Shown piece by piece: positions 26,447-32,000 of a stretch of DNA of 32,000 nucleotides. A model generated the notes under the pieces. That model searched no databases. It had not been told where the DNA came from and worked only from the letters and a program-made list of their open reading frames with translations. The position numbers and the translations under genes are program-made. Each line of letters opens with the position of its first letter. Within the stretch, counting starts at the first letter, position 1. The DNA is from Akkermansia muciniphila ATCC BAA-835 (GTDB taxonomy: Bacteria; Verrucomicrobiota; Verrucomicrobiia; Verrucomicrobiales; Akkermansiaceae), in NCBI RefSeq assembly GCF_000020225.1, contig NC_010655.1, forward strand, positions 960,001 through 992,000, in the 5' to 3' direction.

Positions 26447-29029
26447 ATGCTTAACAATCTAACAACAAAATTTCAGGAAGCGCTGATGCAGGCGCAGCAA
26501 ACTGCAGGACGGCTTGGAAAACCGGAAATCTCCTCTCTGGACGTTCTGGTGGCGTTGCTGGAGCAGGAAGGCGGAATTCTTTCCCCTATTCTCCGCAAGG
26601 CCTCTTGCGACCCGGGGTTGTTTCTCCAGGCGGCCCAGAGGGAAGTTTCCCACGAACCTACCCAAAGCGGTGCCACCACCCAGCCCCAGATGGGGCGTGA
26701 CCTGGCTACGGTAATGCAGGCTGCGGAAGAAGAACGCAAAAAGCTCAAAGATGACTACCTCAGCGTGGAACATTTCATGCTTGGTGCGTTGGACACGCAA
26801 AACAAAGTGCACCAGTTGACGGACACCTTTGGCCTGACCAAGGATAATTATCTGGCCGCCATGAAAGAAGTGCGCGGCAACCAGCGCGTGACGGACGATA
26901 ATCCGGAAGGCAAATACCAGACGCTGGAAAAATATGGAACGGACCTGACGGCCCGCGCCCGTGCCGGTAAAATTGACCCTGTTATCGGCCGCGATACGGA
27001 AATCCGCCGTGTTTTGCAGATTCTTTCCCGCAGGACGAAAAACAATCCCGTCCTGATCGGGGAACCCGGCGTTGGTAAAACCGCCATTGCGGAAGGTTTG
27101 GCGCGGCGCATAGTCAACGGCGACGTGCCGGAAAGCATGCGCAACAAGCGCATTGTTTCGCTCAACATCGGATCCATGCTCGCCGGGGCCAAATATCGTG
27201 GCGAATTTGAAGAGCGCTTGAAATCCTTCCTTAAGGAAGTAACGGATTCCAACGGTGAAATCATTCTATTTATTGATGAACTGCACACCATCGTAGGCGC
27301 GGGCGCCAGTGAAGGGGCGGTGGATGCGTCCAACCTGCTCAAACCCGCCCTGGCCCGCGGGGAACTGCGGACCATCGGCGCGACGACACTGGACGAATAC
27401 CGCAAATACATTGAAAAGGATGCGGCTCTGGAACGCCGGTTTCAGCCCGTCATGGTCTCCGAGCCCAGCGTGGAAGATACCATTGCCATCCTGCGCGGCC
27501 TGAAAGAACGCTATGAAGTTCACCATGGGGTGCGTATTACGGACGCTGCCATCGTGGCGGCCGCCACCCTTTCCGACCGTTATATTTCCGACCGTTTTCT
27601 GCCTGACAAGGCAGTGGATCTGGTGGATGAAGCGGCAGCCCGCCTCAAAATTGAGCTGGACTCCATGCCCACGGAAATTGACCAGATTGAACGTGAAGCC
27701 ATGCAGCTTGAAATGGAGCGGCAGGCGCTGGCGAAGGAAGAAGACGCCGACAGCAAGGCGCGTTTGGAAAAAATCACCAAGGACCTGGCCGATTTGAAGG
27801 AAAAATCCGGTTCCATGATTGCCAAATGGAAAAGTGAAAAGGAAGTGCTGGACGCCGTCCGCAGGGAACAGGAAAAAATAGAAGCCCTCAAGCTGGAAAG
27901 TGAACGGGCCAAACGGATGGGTGATCTGACCCGCGCATCGGAAATCACCTATGGCGAACTTCCGGAGGCCCAGCGCGCCCTGGCGGAAGGCAAGGAAAAG
28001 CTCAGTAAAATGCAGAAGGAAGATGGAGGGCTGCTGAAGGAGGAAGTCACGGAAGGAGACATCGCCAAAGTGGTTGCCACCTGGACCGGCATCCCCGCCG
28101 CCCGTCTGCAGGAAGGGGAGCGTGCCAAGCTGGTGCACATGGAAGAACGTCTGGGCGCCCGCGTAATCGGGCAGAAACAGGCCGTTAAGGCCGTATCCGA
28201 CGCCGTGAGGCGCGCCCGCGCCGGGTTGCAGGATGAAAACAGGCCCATTGGCTCTTTCCTGTTCCTGGGACCCACCGGCGTCGGCAAGACGGAGCTCAGC
28301 AAGGCACTGGCGGAATTCCTTTTTGACAATGAAAACGCCATCGTCCGCATTGACATGTCCGAATACATGGAAAAACATTCTGTTGCGCGCCTCATCGGGG
28401 CGCCTCCCGGATACGTGGGGTATGAAGAAGGCGGTCAGCTCTCTGAGGCCGTGCGGCGCCGTCCGTACTGCGTGGTTCTCTTCGATGAAATTGAAAAGGC
28501 CCACCCGGACGTCTTCAACGTATTGCTCCAGGTATTGGACGACGGCCGTATTACGGACGGCCAGGGGCGTACGGTTGACTTCCGCAACACGGTCATCATC
28601 ATGACCTCCAACATCGGCAGCCAGTATATCCTCAATGAAGCCAATGCGGAACAGCGGGAAGCCAAGGCCCTGGAGGCGTTGCGAGGCCACTTCCGTCCGG
28701 AATTCCTGAACCGCATTGATGAAATCATCATCTTTGACCGGCTCACGGCGCAGGAACTCAAGGGCATTGTGGACATTCAGCTTCAGCGTGTCCGCAGGCG
28801 CCTGGAAGCCAAAGGCCTGTTTTTGCGCATGACTCCGGAAGCTACGGCTCTGGTGGCGGATCACGGTTTTGATCCTGTTTATGGAGCCCGGCCTCTCAAG
28901 CGGGCCATCCAGCATGATCTTCTGGACCCGCTCAGCCTTAAACTTCTGGAAGGGGACTTCCCGGAAGGAACGGAAATCGTGGTGCGGGAAAAAGGCGGCA
29001 AATTGGACTTCACCAAGGAGAAAAAATAA
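26447..29029 (+). CDS. clpB: ATP-dependent chaperone/disaggregase ClpB
   Basis: The start was moved to ATG 26447 ([13 protein letters not shown]...), giving 860 aa. Two AAA+ modules are present ([10 protein letters not shown] and [10 protein letters not shown] Walker A motifs, DELH and FDEIEKAH Walker B motifs). A long coiled-coil middle domain distinguishes ClpB from ClpA. Confidence 0.95.
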   Translation: MLNNLTTKFQEALMQAQQTAGRLGKPEISSLDVLVALLEQEGGILSPILRKASCDPGLFLQAAQREVSHEPTQSGATTQPQMGRDLATVMQAAEEERKKLKDDYLSVEHFMLGALDTQNKVHQLTDTFGLTKDNYLAAMKEVRGNQRVTDDNPEGKYQTLEKYGTDLTARARAGKIDPVIGRDTEIRRVLQILSRRTKNNPVLIGEPGVGKTAIAEGLARRIVNGDVPESMRNKRIVSLNIGSMLAGAKYRGEFEERLKSFLKEVTDSNGEIILFIDELHTIVGAGASEGAVDASNLLKPALARGELRTIGATTLDEYRKYIEKDAALERRFQPVMVSEPSVEDTIAILRGLKERYEVHHGVRITDAAIVAAATLSDRYISDRFLPDKAVDLVDEAAARLKIELDSMPTEIDQIEREAMQLEMERQALAKEEDADSKARLEKITKDLADLKEKSGSMIAKWKSEKEVLDAVRREQEKIEALKLESERAKRMGDLTRASEITYGELPEAQRALAEGKEKLSKMQKEDGGLLKEEVTEGDIAKVVATWTGIPAARLQEGERAKLVHMEERLGARVIGQKQAVKAVSDAVRRARAGLQDENRPIGSFLFLGPTGVGKTELSKALAEFLFDNENAIVRIDMSEYMEKHSVARLIGAPPGYVGYEEGGQLSEAVRRRPYCVVLFDEIEKAHPDVFNVLLQVLDDGRITDGQGRTVDFRNTVIIMTSNIGSQYILNEANAEQREAKALEALRGHFRPEFLNRIDEIIIFDRLTAQELKGIVDIQLQRVRRRLEAKGLFLRMTPEATALVADHGFDPVYGARPLKRAIQHDLLDPLSLKLLEGDFPEGTEIVVREKGGKLDFTKEKK

Positions 29030-29066
29030 CTGAAAAGCATGCTTGCCGGCGTGTTGCCGGGAGCGG

Positions 29067-29102
29067 ACAGGGGCGCGGCGTTAGCTGCGTCCCTGTTTAT
29101 TG
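29067..29102 (+). terminator. Terminator candidate after clpB
   Basis: 10 bp stem ACAGGGGCGC / GCGTCCCTGT containing one G-U pair (29067..29076 and 29087..29096), followed by TTTATT. Confidence 0.55.
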
Positions 29103-29494
29103 CTCCAATGGTGCGGAAAGGCCGCGTATGGAATCTGCGCACTCCTATTTCTTCTTCTCGGAATAGGCACGGTTTCCGTTCAAATCTGCGCTGAGACGGA
29201 ATATTCCGGCATAACGAAGTAGAAATTGTGGAAAGAACTCGGCATATCAGGGCTGCCTTCATCAGTTTGGGAACCCGGCTACGGAATCGAGGCTTCCTTG
29301 CAAGTGGCGGAGATTGTCTGAGTTTTTCTCGAAGAAAGGTAGGGTACAAGAGCAGGGAAGAGAGGGACGTTCAAAAAAAGATGCGGTGGAAAGAGGCAGT
29401 ATGACAAAAGCATATACTGTTCATGATATGTAGGTTATGTGGGTATTGAGGGGGTGGCGGGAATAAGCGGACGCAAAAAAGAGCACGAAAAAAA

Positions 29495-29522
29495 TTGACA
29501 AAAAGGTGTGGTATGATAGATT
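29495..29522 (+). promoter_or_regulatory. Candidate rRNA operon promoter
   Basis: A perfect -35 TTGACA (29495..29500), a 16 nt spacer, and an extended -10 TGaTAGATT (TG at 29514..29515, hexamer at 29517..29522). It is preceded by the A-tracts GCAAAAAAGAGCACGAAAAAAA, which resemble an UP element. Confidence 0.55.
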
Positions 29523-29770
29523 TCTCGGCACGCCAACACGGCGACGGGATGAAAAGCCCGGCGGCTGAAGGGCTCGGAAGAGCGCTGGAAGCGGCTGGAG
29601 CCGGCCACCCGGAGAAAACCCCGGAAGGGGTTGCGATAAGAAGATTTCAAGGGAATGACTACCGAAACCGCCGAGGGTTTTCCGAGGGTGCCGAGAGGTG
29701 TCTGAGGGGTAAAAGCCCGAAGGAGCGACCTAGCTCTGAGAGGGGTGGTTTGGTAGAAGCAAGGGGAAAG

Positions 29771-29796
29771 AAAAAAGGTCGTGACGCGCGCCGTGC
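29771..29796 (+). other. 5' arm of the predicted 16S precursor processing stem
   Basis: AAAAAAGGTCGTGACGCGCGCCGTGC pairs with 31546..31571 at 24 of 26 positions (23 Watson-Crick pairs and 1 G-U). Confidence 0.65.
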
Positions 29797-29908
29797 GAGG
29801 CAGAGCGAAGAGGCCTTCAAGAGACACAACTTGGAGGAAGAGCTGGCTGAAGCATGGCGCAAATGAAATCGCAAGATTCCATTTGGTCCAGCAATTTCAA
29901 AAATTAAT

Positions 29909-31423
<1,515 letters not shown>

Positions 31424-31545
31424 TGGAGCAAGTGCACGGAAGTGCACAGGTCGGATCTCTTCCCGAGGGGAGAGAAAGCGGAACCCGCGAGGGCCCGCAA
31501 CGAACCAAAGATGTGTAAACAGCCAGACGCCTGGAGCGAAACCTG

Positions 31546-31571
31546 GCACGACGTGCGTGACGACCTTTTTT
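31546..31571 (+). other. 3' arm of the predicted 16S precursor processing stem
   Basis: GCACGACGTGCGTGACGACCTTTTTT is complementary to 29771..29796, so the two arms bracket the mature 16S. Confidence 0.65.
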
Positions 31572-31588
31572 CACCGAGAACCGCAACT

Positions 31589-31664
31589 GGGGGTATAGCT
31601 CAGTTGGTAGAGCGCCAGCTTTGCAAGCTGGATGTCCGGGGTTCGAGTCCCCGTGCCTCCACCA
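31589..31664 (+). tRNA. tRNA-Ala (anticodon UGC), CCA encoded
   Basis: A cloverleaf can be drawn: acceptor GGGGGTA/TGCCTCC including the G3-U70 alanine identity pair, anticodon loop TTTGCAA, T-arm CGGGG-TTCGAGT-CCCCG, and 3' ACCA. Confidence 0.95.
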
Positions 31665-31688
31665 GTTTCGGGAAAGAGACCCAAAGCC

Positions 31689-31765
31689 GGGCCTGTAGCT
31701 CAGTTGGTTAGAGCACGCGCTTGATAAGCGCGGGGTCACAGGTTCAAGTCCTGTCAGGCCCACCA
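31689..31765 (+). tRNA. tRNA-Ile (anticodon GAU), CCA encoded
   Basis: Acceptor GGGCCTG/CAGGCCC, anticodon stem CGCGC/GCGCG with loop TTGATAA, T-arm ACAGG-TTCAAGT-CCTGT, and 3' ACCA. Confidence 0.95.
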
Positions 31766-31974
31766 GCAAAATCGATTATTGAGGGAAAGCGAAAATTGAC
31801 ATCTGCGTGGCAAAGAAAACGATTGCTGAGAAGCAATCGCTTTCCAACAAAGTGGGTAGTTGAACAACAACTACAAAACACAAGATAAACATGCATACCA
31901 AGCAATGAGACAATACAGTAAGTCACGAAAGGGCTTTGTGGTATTGTGGAAGTGGTAACAGCTTTTGCAATATG

Positions 31975-32000
31975 ATGAAGTAAGTAAGGGCGTACGGTGA
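31975..32000 (+). rRNA. rrl: 23S ribosomal RNA, extreme 5' end (partial, runs off the window)
   Basis: ...AAGTAAGTAAGGGCGTACGGTGA aligns with the conserved 23S 5' segment (...AAGCGTACACGGTGGATGCC in E. coli). Only about 25 nt are visible. Confidence 0.55.

Noticed and set aside
27266-28915. Very long antisense ORFs opposite conserved genes: 549 aa opposite clpB (27266..28915); 528 aa and 308 aa opposite GH2 (11456..13042 and 10448..11374); 428 aa opposite kdpB (22479..23765); 413 aa opposite the LpxR-like gene (8020..9261); 340 aa opposite kdpD (16488..17510); 268 aa opposite the barrel gene (18940..19746); 257 aa opposite the transpeptidase (5932..6705); 282 aa opposite tatD (7263..8111).
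   Set aside because: Their translations are Arg/Gly/His/Pro-rich and low-complexity with no recognisable motifs. In every case the sense strand encodes a protein with clear family signatures. Stop-poor antisense frames are expected in G+C-rich coding DNA.

Overview
The window is a bacterial chromosomal segment. The 16S rRNA at its 3' end matches my memory of Akkermansia muciniphila (Verrucomicrobiota); this is unverified and needs a BLAST check. Gene content in order: a partial secreted LamG-like protein (-); a roughly 450 bp AT-rich gap; dnaN with no dnaA, recF or gyrB nearby; a small membrane protein; a divergent adenosylhomocysteinase-like protein; a MATE efflux pump; a co-directional TatD / LysM lipoprotein / L,D-transpeptidase block; a divergent LpxR-family outer-membrane protein; a large GH2 beta-galactosidase with a C-terminal discoidin/CBM32-like domain; an AT-rich two-gene islet (a secreted protein and a PEP-CTERM protein); a co-directional kdpD-kdpE-(outer-membrane beta-barrel)-kdpA-kdpB-kdpC cluster; an AT-rich cupin plus MarR-GNAT fusion pair; clpB; and the start of an rRNA operon (promoter, long purine-rich leader, 16S, tRNA-Ala, tRNA-Ile, first bases of 23S). 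I found no CRISPR array, transposase, integrase, phage gene or recognisable defence system. The points most worth a second look are the beta-barrel gene inside the kdp cluster, the structured leader of the MATE gene, the palindrome-bearing AT-rich region upstream of dnaN, the MarR-GNAT/cupin islet with its tandem operator-like repeats, the 460 bp non-coding stretch upstream of clpB, and the Ala-then-Ile tRNA order in the rRNA spacer. None of these can be shown to be a new system from sequence alone. All family assignments rest on motifs read from the ORF translations.
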